Positions 38,735-51,400 of a DNA stretch of 64,000 nt are shown here, in pieces. A program made the translations under genes and the position numbers. The stretch comes from Gammaproteobacteria bacterium. Lineage in GTDB: Bacteria; Pseudomonadota; Gammaproteobacteria; JACCXJ01. Under the pieces are notes generated by a model, which searched no databases, was not told the DNA's origin, and was given only the letters and a program-made list of their open reading frames with translations. The number at the start of each line of letters is the position of its first letter. The first letter of the stretch is position 1. The DNA is taken from positions 607 through 64,606 of the forward strand of contig JBOIDF010000005.1 in assembly GCA_050740455.1 (NCBI GenBank), given 5' to 3'.

Positions 38735-39103
38735 TCAGAGTACTTCAGGCGCCAACGAAATGATGCGCATAAACCGCTCGGTACGCAGCTCCCGCGTGAC
38801 CGGGCCGAAAATCCGTGTGCCGATGGGTTGCAACTGCTTATCCAATAACACCGCGGCATTACCATCGAAGCGAATCACCGAACCGTCCGCTCGCCGCACT
38901 CCCTTTTTGGTACGCACGACCACCGCGTCATACACCTCGCCCTTTTTTACCTTGCCCCGAGGGATGGCCTCCTTGATCGTGACTTTTATGATATCGCCGA
39001 CATAAGCATACCTGCGCTTTGACCCGCCCAAAACCTTTATACACATCAAGCGCCGCGCTCCGCTGTTGTCGGCCGCATCCAAATTCGACTGCATCTGTAT
39101 CAT
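38735..39103 (-). CDS. rplN: 50S ribosomal protein L14
   Basis: [28 protein letters not shown]... Confidence 0.95.
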   Translation of the reverse strand: MIQMQSNLDAADNSGARRLMCIKVLGGSKRRYAYVGDIIKVTIKEAIPRGKVKKGEVYDAVVVRTKKGVRRADGSVIRFDGNAAVLLDKQLQPIGTRIFGPVTRELRTERFMRIISLAPEVL

Positions 39104-39141
39104 CGCTCATTTCCCAAACGCGGCCATGACAGCGACATGGT

Positions 39142-39408
39142 TCAAAGGTCCGCGGCACGCTGGATAAGCTTTTGAACGCGCCAGCTTTTCCGCTTCGAGA
39201 TCGGCCGGCACTCTTCGATAGCCACCGTATCCCCTTGCTTACAGGCGCTGGCTTCGTCGTGGGCGAGTAACTTCGTCGAACGGCGTATGTATTTCTTGTA
39301 CAAGGGGTGCAATACCTTGCGCTCGACAAGCACGGCAACGGTTTTTCGCATCTTATCGCTGACCACCTGACCGATCAGGATCCGCGGGGCCTTTAACGGC
39401 TCATTCAT
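39142..39408 (-). CDS. rpsQ: 30S ribosomal protein S17
   Basis: ...[45 protein letters not shown]... Confidence 0.95.
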   Translation of the reverse strand: MNEPLKAPRILIGQVVSDKMRKTVAVLVERKVLHPLYKKYIRRSTKLLAHDEASACKQGDTVAIEECRPISKRKSWRVQKLIQRAADL

Positions 39409-39608
39409 GCGGACTCGCCTTGCTTCAGCTCGTGAAGCACGGTCTTCACGCGGGCGATCTCCCGTCTCACGCCCTGGAGCCGGGTCGGCCTCACCGTTTG
39501 ACCGCCGCCTTTTTGCATACGCAAATTAAATTGCTCCCGCCGCAGGTCCAGTAATAGACTTTGCAGCTCGGCGGGTTGTTTTTTCCTCAGTTCGTTCGGC
39601 TGCATCAT
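39405..39608 (-). CDS. rpmC: 50S ribosomal protein L29
   Basis: 67 aa; ...[31 protein letters not shown]... Confidence 0.9.
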   Translation of the reverse strand: MMQPNELRKKQPAELQSLLLDLRREQFNLRMQKGGGQTVRPTRLQGVRREIARVKTVLHELKQGESA

Positions 39609-40018
39609 AACAGCGTCCGACTCGTCATCGTGGTATTCACGGGGAGTTTAGCCCCTGCTAATCGAAACGCCTCGCGCGCGATATCGGCAGGCACGCCTTC
39701 CACTTCGTACAGGACGCGGCCCGCTTGCACCGGCGCGACCCAATACTCCACGTTTCCCTTTCCTTTGCCTTGCCTGACTTCCAAGGGTTTGGTCGTGATG
39801 GGCTTGTCGGGGAACACTCGAATCCACAGCTTGCCACCTCGCTTCACGTGGCGCGAAATCGCGCGCCGCGCCGCTTCCAACTGGCGCGCCGTGATGCGTC
39901 CCGCCGTGGTGGCTTTTAACCCATACTCGCCAAAGCTTACGCGTAGGCCCGTGGTCGCAATACCGCGATTGCGGCCCTTTTGCTGCTTACGATACTTCGT
40001 TTGCTTAGGTTGAAGCAT
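39605..40018 (-). CDS. rplP: 50S ribosomal protein L16
   Basis: [19 protein letters not shown]... Confidence 0.95.
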   Translation of the reverse strand: MLQPKQTKYRKQQKGRNRGIATTGLRVSFGEYGLKATTAGRITARQLEAARRAISRHVKRGGKLWIRVFPDKPITTKPLEVRQGKGKGNVEYWVAPVQAGRVLYEVEGVPADIAREAFRLAGAKLPVNTTMTSRTLL

Positions 40019-40032
40019 AATCGCTTAGCCGA

Positions 40033-40710
40033 TTAACGAGGCAGGGCTCCGTCCACGCTCCGATCTTCGATCGGTGCCGCCCGATCTATCACCTCACCTT
40101 TGAAGATCCAAACCTTCACGCCTATCACGCCGTAGGTCGTCTTGGCCTCCGCTAAACCGTAATCGATGTCCGCCCGCAAGGTGTGCAAGGGCACGCGCCC
40201 TTCCCGGTACCACTCGGAACGGGCGATCTCCGCGCCGTTGAGCCTTCCGGCAACGTGGATCTTGATCCCCTGCGCCCCGAGCCTCATGGCGTTGGTCACC
40301 GCCCGTTTCATCGCCCGGCGGAACATGATACGGCGCTCGAGCTGACCGGCGACACTCTCCGCAACCAGATAAGCATCCAGCTCTGGTTTACGGATCTCCT
40401 CGACGCTGATTTGCACCGGCACGCCCATCAACCGCGACACTTGTTTGCGCAGCGACTCGATGTCTTCACCCTTTTTGCCGATGACGATACCGGGTCTGGC
40501 CGTATGAATAATGATGCGCGCATTGTTCGCCGGGCGTTCTATTTGGATGCGGCTGACCGAGGCCTGCCGCAGTTTCTTGCGCAAGAACTCGCGCACGGCG
40601 AGATCCATATTTAGATAATCCGCGTACTTTTTCGAATCGACATACCATTTCGATGACCAGTCTTTGACGATCCCGAGCCGTATACCTGTTGGATGAACCT
40701 TCTGTCCCAT
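40033..40710 (-). CDS. rpsC: 30S ribosomal protein S3
   Basis: [23 protein letters not shown]... Confidence 0.95.
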   Translation of the reverse strand: MGQKVHPTGIRLGIVKDWSSKWYVDSKKYADYLNMDLAVREFLRKKLRQASVSRIQIERPANNARIIIHTARPGIVIGKKGEDIESLRKQVSRLMGVPVQISVEEIRKPELDAYLVAESVAGQLERRIMFRRAMKRAVTNAMRLGAQGIKIHVAGRLNGAEIARSEWYREGRVPLHTLRADIDYGLAEAKTTYGVIGVKVWIFKGEVIDRAAPIEDRSVDGALPR

Positions 40711-40720
40711 GACTATCTCG

Positions 40721-41050
40721 TTACTCCGCGACGCGGACGGTGATGTGGCTGGTCCTTTTCATGAGTCGGTTGGCGCGCCCCCGGGCTCGAGCCACCACCC
40801 GCTTCATCATCGGCGCGCTATCAATCATTATGGTTTCAACTTTAAGCGCATCGATGTCCGCGCCGTCATTGTGCTCCGCATTCGCAATCGCCGATTCTAG
40901 CACTTTCTTGATGATTCCCGCGGCCTTCTTACCGCTGAACGCCAATACGCTCAAGGCGCGATCCACCGGGAGGCCGCGGATTTGATCCGCAACCAGGCGC
41001 GCCTTTTGCGGAGACACCCGCACGAACCGAAGTTTAGCTGCCGTTACCAT
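40721..41050 (-). CDS. rplV: 50S ribosomal protein L22
   Basis: ...[50 protein letters not shown]... Confidence 0.95.
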   Translation of the reverse strand: MVTAAKLRFVRVSPQKARLVADQIRGLPVDRALSVLAFSGKKAAGIIKKVLESAIANAEHNDGADIDALKVETIMIDSAPMMKRVVARARGRANRLMKRTSHITVRVAE

Positions 41051-41062
41051 GCTTGGCCGCTC

Positions 41063-41341
41063 TTACGGACTCTTGGCCTTGCGATCGGCCGAATGGCCGC
41101 GAAAGGTCCTCGTTACCGCAAACTCCCCGAGCTTATGTCCGACCATATTCTCGGTAATATAAACCGGCAGGTGCTGGCGTCCGTTATGGATGGCGATCGT
41201 GATCCCCACCATCTCCGGCGCCACCACCGAGCGGCGCGACCAGGTCTTGATGGGCCGCTTGTCCTTGCTGTCGCGGGCCTTGGCGACCTTTGCGGCAAGG
41301 TGGTGATCTATGAAAGGCCCTTTTTTGAGTGAGCGTGGCAC
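41063..41341 (-). CDS. rpsS: 30S ribosomal protein S19
   Basis: [15 protein letters not shown]... Confidence 0.95.
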   Translation of the reverse strand: MPRSLKKGPFIDHHLAAKVAKARDSKDKRPIKTWSRRSVVAPEMVGITIAIHNGRQHLPVYITENMVGHKLGEFAVTRTFRGHSADRKAKSP

Positions 41342-41356
41342 GCGAGCCTCCGGACG

Positions 41357-42187
41357 CTACGTTGCCTTATGCCGATTGCGCACGATCATGCCGGTCGTCC
41401 GCTTGTTTTTCCGCGTCTTGTGGCCCTTGGTGGGCTGACCCCATGGGGTCACCGGGTGCCGCCCCCCGGAGCTCTTGCCTTCCCCGCCCCCATGCGGATG
41501 ATCGACAGGATTCATGGCCACACCGCGCACCGTCGGGCGGATACCTCGCCAGCGCTTGGCGCCGGCTTTACCGAGCGAACGCAGGGCATGCGCATTGTTG
41601 CCAACTTCTCCAATGGTCGCCCGGCAATCGAGAGCAACTTTCCGGACTTCCCCGGACCGCAGCCGCAAGGTCGCATGCCCCCCTTCCCGAGCGATCAGTT
41701 GTATCGTGGCGCCCGCGCTCCGGGCCAACTGAGCGCCTTTTCCGGGCCGTAGCTCCACGCAATGAATCGTCGTGCCGAGGGGAATGTTGCGCAAGGCCAA
41801 CGAATTCCCCGGCTGAATCGCCGCCTCGCTCCCCGACATCAAACGCACGCCCGCTCGCACGTCTTTCGGTGCGACGATGTAACGGCGCTCGCCGTCCGCA
41901 TACAGCAGCAAGGCGATATGGGCGCTGCGGTTCGGATCGTACTCGATGCGCTCAACGCGCGCCGGGATCCCGTCCTTACGGCGCTTAAAATCGATGATGC
42001 GGTAATGTTGCTTATGCCCGCCTCCCCGGTGGCGCACCGTAATTCGGCCGCTGTTGTTGCGTCCGGCCTTGCGTGTCTGTTTTTCAGTCAGCGGCCAATG
42101 AGGATCACCCTTGTGCAACCCGGGCGTCACTACCCGCACCACGCCGCGCGTACCCGCCGAGGTCGGTTTGAGCTGCTTCAATGCCAC
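41357..42187 (-). CDS. rplB: 50S ribosomal protein L2
   Basis: [15 protein letters not shown]...; 276 aa. Confidence 0.95.
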   Translation of the reverse strand: MALKQLKPTSAGTRGVVRVVTPGLHKGDPHWPLTEKQTRKAGRNNSGRITVRHRGGGHKQHYRIIDFKRRKDGIPARVERIEYDPNRSAHIALLLYADGERRYIVAPKDVRAGVRLMSGSEAAIQPGNSLALRNIPLGTTIHCVELRPGKGAQLARSAGATIQLIAREGGHATLRLRSGEVRKVALDCRATIGEVGNNAHALRSLGKAGAKRWRGIRPTVRGVAMNPVDHPHGGGEGKSSGGRHPVTPWGQPTKGHKTRKNKRTTGMIVRNRHKAT

Positions 42188-42193
42188 GGCGGC

Positions 42194-42490
42194 TTACTCC
42201 TTACCCACGAAATTGATGTCAAATCCGGGTTTGAGGCTGACATAGGCTTTCTTTATGGCCGAACGGCGTCCCCGCATGCGGCGATTCGCCTTAACTTTCC
42301 CCTTGATTGTGCACACCCTCACGCCTTCGACTTCGACCTTAAACATCAGCTCGACCGCTTGCTTGATCTCGGGTTTGGTCGCGTTTGGGATCACGCGAAA
42401 TACGAACTGCCGGGCGCTGTCCGCAAGCCGCGTCGCTTTCTCCGAAACCCGGGGCTCGATGAGAACCTGCAGCAACCGCTCCTGATTCAT
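42194..42490 (-). CDS. rplW: 50S ribosomal protein L23
   Basis: MNQERLLQVLIEPRVSEKAT... Confidence 0.95.
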   Translation of the reverse strand: MNQERLLQVLIEPRVSEKATRLADSARQFVFRVIPNATKPEIKQAVELMFKVEVEGVRVCTIKGKVKANRRMRGRRSAIKKAYVSLKPGFDINFVGKE

Positions 42491-43107
42491 GCGAGCCGGG
42501 CTTCGACGAGCTTGAGGGCGTCTTGCGTCATAACCACCGCCTGGTGCTCGATCAAACGGACCGGATCGAGCGCACGCGCGCCGGTGACCTCGACGTGCGG
42601 GAGGTTCCTGGATGCCAGATCAAGATTCCTTTCCTCTCGGTCGACGACGATTAATCCCGCCTCCAGACCCAAGACCTTGAGCCGCTCGATGAGCGCTTTC
42701 GTCTTGGGCATTTGCATCACTAATGCATCCACGATCTTGAGTCTCCCTGTGCGAGCGAGCTCGGAGAGAATGGACCGCAATGCGCCCGCATACATTCTTC
42801 GATTGACCTTTTGCGCGTAATCTCTCGGCACCGCCGCAAAGGTGACCCCACCGCTGCGCCACAGCGGACTACGTGAGCTGCCGGCGCGAGCGTTTCCCGT
42901 ACCCTTTTGTTTCCACGGCTTGCGGCCACCGCCCCGAACCTGCGCGCGGGACTTTTGGGCTTTGGTCCCGCTACGGCCCGCGGCGAGATAGGCCGTTACT
43001 ACTTGATGCACGAGGGGCTCATTGTATTTGGCGTTAAACAATCGCTCGGAAACGGCGACGCTACCGACCACGGCCCCGGTGTCGCCCGATTGGACCTGAA
43101 ACTCCAT
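42487..43107 (-). CDS. rplD: 50S ribosomal protein L4
   Basis: 206 aa; ...GGGRKPWKQKGTGNARAGS... Confidence 0.95.
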   Translation of the reverse strand: MEFQVQSGDTGAVVGSVAVSERLFNAKYNEPLVHQVVTAYLAAGRSGTKAQKSRAQVRGGGRKPWKQKGTGNARAGSSRSPLWRSGGVTFAAVPRDYAQKVNRRMYAGALRSILSELARTGRLKIVDALVMQMPKTKALIERLKVLGLEAGLIVVDREERNLDLASRNLPHVEVTGARALDPVRLIEHQAVVMTQDALKLVEARLA

Positions 43108-43108
43108 G

Positions 43109-43750
43109 CTAACGCCCCTTGACCGCTGGCCGGACGAGCAGATGGCCGCCGCGCGCGCCCGGCACGGCGCCCTTCACGAGCAGCAGGTTTCTCTCGGCAT
43201 CGACGCGCACCACCTCCAGATTCGAGACCGTGCGATTTACGTTACCCAGATGCCCCGGCATGTGCTTGCCCTTGAACACGCGGCCGGGAGTCTGACGCTG
43301 CCCGGTGGAACCAGGCGTGCGGTGCGCAAGCGAGTTACCGTGCGTGGCGTCGCCGGATCTAAAGTGATGCCGTTTGATCGTCCCGGCGAAGCCTTTCCCC
43401 TGTGTGGCACCGCTCACGTCGACCATCTCGCCCGCTTTGAATACATCGACCTTGACTTCCTGGCCGACGCTGAGCGCCTCACCTTCGCTCCCTTCCAACC
43501 GGAACTCCCACAAACCCTGACCACTTTCGACACCTGCTTTTTTATAGATCCCGGCCAGCGCTTTACTAATTCGGTTCCGCTTTTGAGAACCTTTCGTTAC
43601 TTGTATGGCGCGGTAGCCATCGCGCTCCAACGTCTTGACTTGGGTGATCCGGTTAGCGTCCGCGGCGATGACGGTCACCGGGATCGCCGCTCCCGCGTCG
43701 TTATAGATGCGCGTCATGCCGCATTTACGCCCGATTATGCCCAATGCCAT
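43109..43750 (-). CDS. rplC: 50S ribosomal protein L3
   Basis: [28 protein letters not shown]... Confidence 0.95.
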   Translation of the reverse strand: MALGIIGRKCGMTRIYNDAGAAIPVTVIAADANRITQVKTLERDGYRAIQVTKGSQKRNRISKALAGIYKKAGVESGQGLWEFRLEGSEGEALSVGQEVKVDVFKAGEMVDVSGATQGKGFAGTIKRHHFRSGDATHGNSLAHRTPGSTGQRQTPGRVFKGKHMPGHLGNVNRTVSNLEVVRVDAERNLLLVKGAVPGARGGHLLVRPAVKGR

Positions 43751-43755
43751 TCGCG

Positions 43756-44067
43756 TTAACTCAGCTTGATCTGGACATCGACGCCCGCCGCCAGATCGAG
43801 CTTCATCAGCGCATCCACGGTCTTGTCGGTGGGATTGACGATGTCGAGCAGGCGTTTGTGGGTGCGGATCTCGTACTGATCGCGGGCATCCTTGTCCACA
43901 TGCGGTGAGATCAACACTGTAAAGCGTTCCATTTTTGTGGGCAAAGGGATCGGCCCTCTGATCTGGGCGCCCGTGCGCCGGGCAGTCTCGACAATCTCGC
44001 GCGTCGAGCGGTCGATCAACCGATGGTCGAAAGCCTTCAGACGGATACGGATGATTTGCTCGTTCAT
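43756..44067 (-). CDS. rpsJ: 30S ribosomal protein S10
   Basis: [44 protein letters not shown]... Confidence 0.95.
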   Translation of the reverse strand: MNEQIIRIRLKAFDHRLIDRSTREIVETARRTGAQIRGPIPLPTKMERFTVLISPHVDKDARDQYEIRTHKRLLDIVNPTDKTVDALMKLDLAAGVDVQIKLS

Positions 44068-44113
44068 GGATGATTCATCTTGGGCCCGGTCTTAAGCATA
44101 GGCTCCCGTTTCG

Positions 44114-45304
44114 CTACTCGATGACCTTAGCGACGACGCCGGCCCCGACGGTGCGGCCCCCTTCGCGGATCGCAAACCTCACCCCCTCTTCCATCGCAAT
44201 CGGCGCAATCAACTTCACCACCATCTTCACATTGTCCCCCGGCATCACCATCTCCACCCCCGAGGGTAACTCCACCGCCCCCGTCACATCGGTGGTCCGA
44301 AAATAAAACTGCGGCCGGTAATTGCTGAAAAACGGCGTGTGCCTCCCGCCCTCTTCCTTCGATAACACATAGACCTCGGCCTCAAAATGGGTGTGCGGCG
44401 TCACACTCCCCGGCTTGCATAAGACCTGGCCACGCTCCACCTCCTCGCGCTTGGTCCCCCGGAGCAATACCCCGACATTGTCCCCCGCCTGGCCTTCATC
44501 GAGGAGCTTGCGAAACATCTCCACCCCCGTGCAGACGGTCTTCTGCGTCTCCCGGATCCCCACAATCGCTACCTCCTCCCCGACCTTGACCCGCCCACGC
44601 TCCACCCGACCCGTCACCACCGTCCCGCGCCCGGAGATCGAAAAGACATCCTCAATCGGCATCAAAAACGGCTGATCCACCGCCCGCTCGGGCACCGGAA
44701 TGTACTCATCCATCGCCGCCACCAGCTTCTCGATGGACTGCACCCCAAGCTCACTCCCCTCTCCCTCCAACGCCTTCAACGCACTCCCCACCACCACCGG
44801 CGTCTTCTCCCCGGGAAACTTGTAACTCTCCAGTAACTCCCTGACCTCCATCTCCACTAATTCCAGCAACTCCGCATCATCCACCATGTCCGCCTTGTTC
44901 ATGTACACCACCATGTAGGGCACCCCGACCTGACGCGCCAACAAAATGTGCTCGCGCGTCTGCGGCATCGGCCCATCGGCCGCACTCACCACTAATATCG
45001 CCCCATCCATCTGCGCCGCCCCCGTGATCATGTTCTTCACATAATCCGCATGCCCCGGACAGTCCACATGCGCATAGTGCCGCTTCTCACTCTGGTACTC
45101 CACATGCGCCGTCGCTATCGTGATCCCCCTCGCCTTCTCCTCGGGGGCATTGTCGATCTGATCATAACCCTTCACCTCCCCACCAAACTTCTTCGACATC
45201 ACCATCGTTAAGGCCGCCGTCAACGTCGTCTTCCCATGATCCACATGCCCTATCGTCCCTACATTCACATGCGGCTTCGTTCGCTGAAATTTCTCCTTGG
45301 ACAT
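44114..45304 (-). CDS. tuf: Elongation factor Tu (copy 1, str operon)
   Basis: [31 protein letters not shown]...; 396 aa. Identical to the copy at 60359-61549. Confidence 0.97.
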   Translation of the reverse strand: MSKEKFQRTKPHVNVGTIGHVDHGKTTLTAALTMVMSKKFGGEVKGYDQIDNAPEEKARGITIATAHVEYQSEKRHYAHVDCPGHADYVKNMITGAAQMDGAILVVSAADGPMPQTREHILLARQVGVPYMVVYMNKADMVDDAELLELVEMEVRELLESYKFPGEKTPVVVGSALKALEGEGSELGVQSIEKLVAAMDEYIPVPERAVDQPFLMPIEDVFSISGRGTVVTGRVERGRVKVGEEVAIVGIRETQKTVCTGVEMFRKLLDEGQAGDNVGVLLRGTKREEVERGQVLCKPGSVTPHTHFEAEVYVLSKEEGGRHTPFFSNYRPQFYFRTTDVTGAVELPSGVEMVMPGDNVKMVVKLIAPIAMEEGVRFAIREGGRTVGAGVVAKVIE

Positions 45305-45331
45305 AACTCGGGTCTCCGCTTTCGTTGGTCG

Positions 45332-47431
45332 TTACCGGGCCTGCTTCGTCACGGCTTCCGCGATACTCGCCGGCGCCTCGCTATACTTTGCGAATTCCAT
45401 CGTATAGGTGGCTCGTCCTTGGGTGGCGGAACGCAGATCGGTCGCATAACCGAACATTTCCGCCAGCGGCACCTCCGCGCGAACTATGCGGCCCGCGGGA
45501 GAATCCTCCGTACCCTGCAACACGCCTCGGCGGCGGTTCATATCCCCATTTACGGTCCCGAGGTATTCCTCGGGCGTCACGACCTCGACTTTCATTACCG
45601 GCTCCAAAAGCACGGGCTTACCGTGCGCCGCGCCGTTCTTAAACGCCATGGAGCCAGCGATCTTAAACGCCATTTCGCTCGAGTCGACTTCATGGAAAGA
45701 CCCATCATAGACTATCGCCCTGATATCTACGACCGGATATCCAGCCAGCACACCGTTACCCAACTGTTCGCGAATGCCTTTTTCAATTGCCGGAATGTAC
45801 TCCCTGGGAATCGCACCGCCCACGATCTCGTTCACGAATTCAAACCCTTCCCCCGGGGCCCTTGGCTCCAAGCGCAAGAGCACATGGCCGTATTGACCCC
45901 GGCCGCCCGACTGCCGAACGAACCTTCCTTCCGCCTTATCCACGATCTTGCGGATGGTTTCCCGGTAAGCCACCCGCGGTTTCCCGACGTTGGCCGCAAC
46001 CTTGAACTCCCGCTTCATCCGCTCGACGATGATCTCCAGGTGCAGCTCGCCCATGCCCGAGATAATCGTCTGACCGGACTCCTCGTCCGTATGCACACGG
46101 AAAGACGGATCCTCCGCGGCCAGCTTCGAGAGGGCCATACCCATCTTCTCTTGGTCGGCCTTGGTCTTCGGTTCCAATGCCACCGAGATGACAGGATCGG
46201 GGAACACCATCCGTTCTAAGGTGATGATCTTGTTGACGGCGCACAAGGTATCGCCGGTCGTTACATCCTTGAGGCCCACCGCCGCCGCGATATCACCGGC
46301 CCGGACTTCCTTGATCTCTTCGCGGCTGTTGGCATGCATTTGCAGCAAGCGGCCGATGCGTTCCTTTTTGTTTTTTAGAGGGTTATACACGGTGTCGCCG
46401 CTTTGCAGCGCTCCCGAATAGACGCGAAAGAACGTCAGGGTGCCCACGAACGGGTCGGTCATGATCTTGAAGGCCAGCGCGGCATAAGGGGCATCATCCG
46501 AGGGCGGCCGGGTTTCCTGCGTCTTACCGTCGTCCAATGTGCCTTCGATGGGCGGGACATCAACCGGCGCCGGGAGTAATTCGATGACCGCATCGAGGAG
46601 CGCCTGCACGCCCTTGTTTTTGAACGCCGAACCGCACAGCACGGGAACGATTTCGTTTCTAAGCGTCCGCATTCTCAGGCCACGATAAATGTCCTTCGGA
46701 TCAAGCCCCCCCGCATCCAGGTACTTTTCCGTCAGATCCTCGCTCGCTTCGGCCGCTGCTTCCACCATTTTGTCACGCCACTCGGCACACAAGGCCTTCA
46801 TCTCAGCGGGTATTTCGCGTTCCTCGTAGCGCGTCCCCTGCGACGATGGATCCCAATAAATGGCCTTCATCTTGATGAGATCGACCACGCCCTCGAACTT
46901 TTCTTCCGCACCGATCGGGATCTGGACCGCCACCGCCGCGCTGCCCAGACGCTCGCGGATCTGCCGCACCACGCGCAGGAAATCGGCGCCCGCGCGGTCC
47001 ATCTTATTAATAAATGCCAATCTCGGAACCGAATACTTGCTGGCTTGGCGCCACACAGTCTCGGACTGCGGCTCGACACCCCCAACGGCGCAAAAAACGC
47101 CCACCGCGCCATCGAGGACGCGTAGAGAGCGCTCGACTTCGATGGTAAAGTCGACGTGACCCGGGGTGTCGATGATATTGACCCGGTGCTCGGGGTACTG
47201 GTTACCCATACCGCGCCAGAAACACGTGGTCGCCGCCGCGGTGATCGTGATACCGCGTTCCTGCTCCTGCTCCATCCAGTCCATCACGGCGGCGCCGTCA
47301 TGAACCTCGCCGATTTTATGCGACACCCCGGTGTAGTAGAGGATACGCTCGGTCGTGGTCGTTTTACCGGCATCGATATGAGCCATGATGCCGATATTGC
47401 GGTAGCGTTCGATGGGGGTTAACCGGGGCAT
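45332..47431 (-). CDS. fusA: Elongation factor G
   Basis: 699 aa; ...[20 protein letters not shown]..., EF-G domain order. Confidence 0.97.
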   Translation of the reverse strand: MPRLTPIERYRNIGIMAHIDAGKTTTTERILYYTGVSHKIGEVHDGAAVMDWMEQEQERGITITAAATTCFWRGMGNQYPEHRVNIIDTPGHVDFTIEVERSLRVLDGAVGVFCAVGGVEPQSETVWRQASKYSVPRLAFINKMDRAGADFLRVVRQIRERLGSAAVAVQIPIGAEEKFEGVVDLIKMKAIYWDPSSQGTRYEEREIPAEMKALCAEWRDKMVEAAAEASEDLTEKYLDAGGLDPKDIYRGLRMRTLRNEIVPVLCGSAFKNKGVQALLDAVIELLPAPVDVPPIEGTLDDGKTQETRPPSDDAPYAALAFKIMTDPFVGTLTFFRVYSGALQSGDTVYNPLKNKKERIGRLLQMHANSREEIKEVRAGDIAAAVGLKDVTTGDTLCAVNKIITLERMVFPDPVISVALEPKTKADQEKMGMALSKLAAEDPSFRVHTDEESGQTIISGMGELHLEIIVERMKREFKVAANVGKPRVAYRETIRKIVDKAEGRFVRQSGGRGQYGHVLLRLEPRAPGEGFEFVNEIVGGAIPREYIPAIEKGIREQLGNGVLAGYPVVDIRAIVYDGSFHEVDSSEMAFKIAGSMAFKNGAAHGKPVLLEPVMKVEVVTPEEYLGTVNGDMNRRRGVLQGTEDSPAGRIVRAEVPLAEMFGYATDLRSATQGRATYTMEFAKYSEAPASIAEAVTKQAR

Positions 47432-47459
47432 GATGAGACTCTGTCGCTACCAACGGGCG

Positions 47460-47930
47460 CTACCAGCGATAATGCGCGAAGGCGCGGTTGGCTTCCGCCA
47501 TACGGTGAGTGTCTTCCCGCTTCTTAACCGCCGTCCCTCGATTCTCAAAAGCCTCCAGAATCTCGGCGGCAAGCCTCGATCCGAAGGTCTTCTCGCCGCG
47601 CTTGTCCGAGGCATCGACCAGCCACCGCATCGCCAAGGTCGTACGGCGTTTGGCGCGCACCTCGACCGGCACTTGGTAGGTGGCGCCGCCGACGCGCCTC
47701 GACTTGACCTCAACGCGTGGCCGGATGTTGTCAAGCGCTTGCTTGAACGCCGCTAAAGCATCGCTTTGCCCCTTGGCGGCCACTTGCTCCAAGGCTCCGT
47801 ACACAATCCTTTCCGCGAGAGATTTCTTTCCCTGATTCATGACCATGTTTATAAATTTCGCAATCGTCTCATCGCCGTATTTCGGATCCGGCAAAATGAC
47901 TCGTTGTTCAGCGACGCGTCTTCTAGACAT
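47460..47930 (-). CDS. rpsG: 30S ribosomal protein S7
   Basis: [28 protein letters not shown]... Confidence 0.95.
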   Translation of the reverse strand: MSRRRVAEQRVILPDPKYGDETIAKFINMVMNQGKKSLAERIVYGALEQVAAKGQSDALAAFKQALDNIRPRVEVKSRRVGGATYQVPVEVRAKRRTTLAMRWLVDASDKRGEKTFGSRLAAEILEAFENRGTAVKKREDTHRMAEANRAFAHYRW

Positions 47931-47967
47931 AGCGAGCTATCATCCGTAGTAGTTCTACTTCTAAGAA

Positions 47968-48342
47968 CTAAGACTTCGGGCGTTTGGCACCGTACTTCGA
48001 TCGCCCTTGCCGGCGAGCCGCGACACCCGACGTATCCAAGATGCCTCGTACCGTGTGATAGCGAACACCGGGAAGGTCCTTAACCCGTCCGCCACGGATC
48101 AGGATCACCGAGTGTTCCTGTAAATTGTGTCCCTCCCCCCCGATGTAGCTCGTCACTTCATAGCCGTTGGTGAGGCGCACGCGCGCGACCTTTCGCAGGG
48201 CCGAGTTCGGTTTCTTGGGTGTGGTCGTATAGACACGCGTACAGACACCGCGCTTCTGCGGACACCCCTCGAGCGCCGGCACGGTACTTTTTAACCGCTG
48301 TTGTTTCCGTGGACGCCTGACCAGTTGATTGATGGTAGCCAT
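47968..48342 (-). CDS. rpsL: 30S ribosomal protein S12
   Basis: [52 protein letters not shown]... Confidence 0.97.
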   Translation of the reverse strand: MATINQLVRRPRKQQRLKSTVPALEGCPQKRGVCTRVYTTTPKKPNSALRKVARVRLTNGYEVTSYIGGEGHNLQEHSVILIRGGRVKDLPGVRYHTVRGILDTSGVAARRQGRSKYGAKRPKS

Positions 48343-48383
48343 TCGTTAACGAGCACCTTGTGCGGCGATTAATTCCGGCCGCT

Positions 48384-48417
48384 TTAAAAAAACAACAGGC
48401 CGGAGCACTCCAGCCTG
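48384..48417 (-). terminator. Rho-independent terminator downstream of rpoC
   Basis: Minus-strand RNA GACAGGCUGGAGUGCUCCGGCCUGU forms a ~9-bp GC-rich stem and is followed by UUGUUUUUUU. Confidence 0.6.
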
Positions 48418-48472
48418 TCAAAATCATGGAATTCTAATAATTCGAGTCACCCACTGTCAAGCTAAAACTGGC

Positions 48473-51400
48473 CTAACGCGCCGCCACATCCACCCCGCCG
48501 AGATCGGCGAAGCGGGTTGCCAGACCTTCGGGTTGCTCACGTTGGCTGCGCCGCTCCCCGTGAAAGGCGAACCCCGTTCCGCCCGGGATCAATCGCCCAA
48601 CAATGACGTTCTCCTTGAGCCCGCGCAGCTCGTCGCGTTTCCCGGTCACCGCCGCCTCGGTCAACACCCGCGTGGTTTCTTGGAAGGACGCCGCCGAGAT
48701 GAACGATTCGGTGGCCAAGGAAGCCTTGGTAATTCCGAGCAGCATCTGCGTCCACCGCGCCGGTTTCTTGCCTTCCCGCGCGCCGCGTTCGTTTTCATCG
48801 AACACCCGCTCCTTTTCGGCGTGCTCACCCAGGAGGAAGCGCGTATCGCCGGGGTCGGTGATTTCCACCTTGCGCAGCATTTGGCGCACGATGACCTCGA
48901 TATGCTTGTCGTTGATCTTCACCCCTTGCAGGCGGTACACGTCCTGCACTTCATTGACGATGTAATTCGTCAACGCATAGACGCCTTTCAGGCGCAAAAT
49001 ATCGTGCGAGTCCGGCGCGCCGTCCACGATCACTTCGCCCCTCTCGACATGCTCTCCTTCAAACACGGCGACTTGACGCCATTTCGGGATAAGGATCTCC
49101 GTTTGCTCGCCCGCCGGGTCGGTAAGCACCAAACGTTGCTTCCCCTTGGTGTCGCGGCCGAAGCTGACCGTCCCCGAGACCTCGGCAAGGACGGCGGCCT
49201 CTTTCGGCCGGCGCGCCTCGAACAGATCGGCCACGCGTGGCAATCCCCCGGTGATGTCGCGCGTTTTCAAGGACTCCTGGGGCAGTCTCGCGATGACATC
49301 CCCGACTTTCACGTCGGCACCGTCCTCGACATTCACAATGGCCCGCGGCGGCAGGAAATAGTGCGCTGGGATCTCCGTGCCCGGGATCTTGAGATCCGTA
49401 TCCTCGGCGTCGACAAGCTTGACGACCGGCCGCAGGTCTTTGGCGCTGGACGGCCGCTGTTTCGGATCCATCACCACGATGCTGGTCAGACCGGTGATCT
49501 CATCGATGTGCCGGATCACGGTGACCCCTTCGACGATATCCGCGAACGCCACCACGCCCGCCACTTCCGTAATAACGGGGTGAGTATGGGGATCCCAAGT
49601 GGCGATCACCTGCCCGGGCTGAGCCTCGAACCCGTCGGTAACCGTCAGCACCGCGCCGTAAGGGACTTTGTAGCGTTCGCGCTCCCGCCCGAACTCGTCC
49701 ACGACCGAGATTTCGCCCGAGCGGGACGCCGCGACGTAGGTCCCCGTTTCGTGCTTGAGCAATTTGATGCTATGGAGCCGGATAACTCCCTTCGACTTGG
49801 CTTCTATGCTGTTTGCCGCCGCCGCCCTCGAGGCGGCGCCGCCGATATGGAAGGTGCGCATGGTCAACTGTGTGCCGGGCTCGCCGATCGACTGCGCCGC
49901 GATCACCCCGACCGCTTCGCCCACGTTAACCAGATGCCCGCGCGAGAGATCGCGCCCGTAGCAGGCGCCACAGACTCCATAGCGCGTCCGGCAGGTGATC
50001 GGCGAACGCACCTTCACCTGGTCCACGCCGGCGGCCTCCATGCGCTCGGCCCAGCGTTCATCCAATAGGGTGCCGGCGGGCACGACGACCGCACTCTCAC
50101 CCGCCCGGCGTACATCCTCCGCCACCACCCTCCCGAGTACCCGGTCGCGGAGGTGCTCCACCACATTACCGCCTTCGATGATCGGCGCCATGAGAAAACC
50201 CTCCGTGGTCTTGCAGTCCTCTTCGGTGACCACGAGGTCTTGCGCCACATCCACCAGGCGGCGGGTCAGATAGCCGGAGTTCGCGGTTTTTAAGGCCGTA
50301 TCGGCAAGGCCCTTGCGCGCGCCATGCGTCGAGATGAAATACTGTAGGACGTCCAGGCCTTCCCTGAAGTTAGCCGTGATGGGCGTCTCGATGATCGACC
50401 CGTCCGGTTTGGCCATCAATCCGCGCATGCCCGCGAGCTGGCGGATCTGTGCCGCCGATCCGCGGGCGCCGGAATCGGCCATCATAAAAATCGAATTGAA
50501 CGAGGTCTGGCGGATGTCCTTGCCCTGGACCTTGACCAGATCCGTACCGAGCTTGTCCATCATCGCCTTAGCCACTTGATCATTCGTATGCGACCAGATG
50601 TCGATGACCTTGTTATAGCGCTCACCCTTGGTGACCAGGCCCGACGCATATTGCCCCTCGATCTCCTTGATCGCATCTTCCGCCCTGCCGATGATGCCTT
50701 TTTTCTCCTCCGGGACCACCATATCGTTTACGCTGATGGATATCCCCGCGCGTGTGGCATGATTAAAACCCGTGTACATGAGCCGATCCGCGAAGATCAC
50801 GGTATCCTTGAGACCCAATTGACGATAACAGGCATTGATCAGATTGGAGATGGAGCGCTTATTCAGTTCCTTGTTGATGAGGTCGAACGGAAGCTCCTTC
50901 GGCAGCACTTGCGATAACAACGTCCGTCCGACCGTGGTCTCGACGCGCCGCAAAACCTCGCGGCGCTGCCCGAATTGGTCTTGAACGACCTCGCGGATCC
51001 TCACCTGGATGCGGGCGTGCAGATCGGCCGAACCGCTCGCATACGCGCGATGCACCTCATCGAGATCGGTCAAAGCCATACCCTCGCCGCGGGCCCCGGC
51101 ACGCTCCCGGGTCAGGTAGTACAAACCCAAAACGACATCCTGCGTTGGCACGATGATGGGTTCGCCATTGGCCGGCGAGAGGATGTTATTGGTCGACATC
51201 ATCAAGGTGCGCGCCTCAAGCTGAGCTTCGATCGACAAGGGCACGTGCACCGCCATTTGATCGCCGTCGAAGTCGGCGTTAAAGGCCGTGCAAACCAAGG
51301 GATGTAGTTGGATCGCTTTGCCCTCGACGAGCACCGGTTCGAAGGCCTGTATCCCGAGCCGGTGCAAGGTCGGCGCCCGGTTCAGCAGTACCGGGTGCTC

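Noticed and set aside
48533-50068. 511-aa plus-strand ORF and several other long ORFs (48603-48965, 49995-50273, 50975-51307, 51557-52012) antisense to rpoC
   Set aside because: They lie entirely within the opposite strand of a 98%-confidence rpoC CDS. The high GC content suppresses stop codons in antisense frames. Products are Arg/Ala/Pro-rich with no domain signatures.
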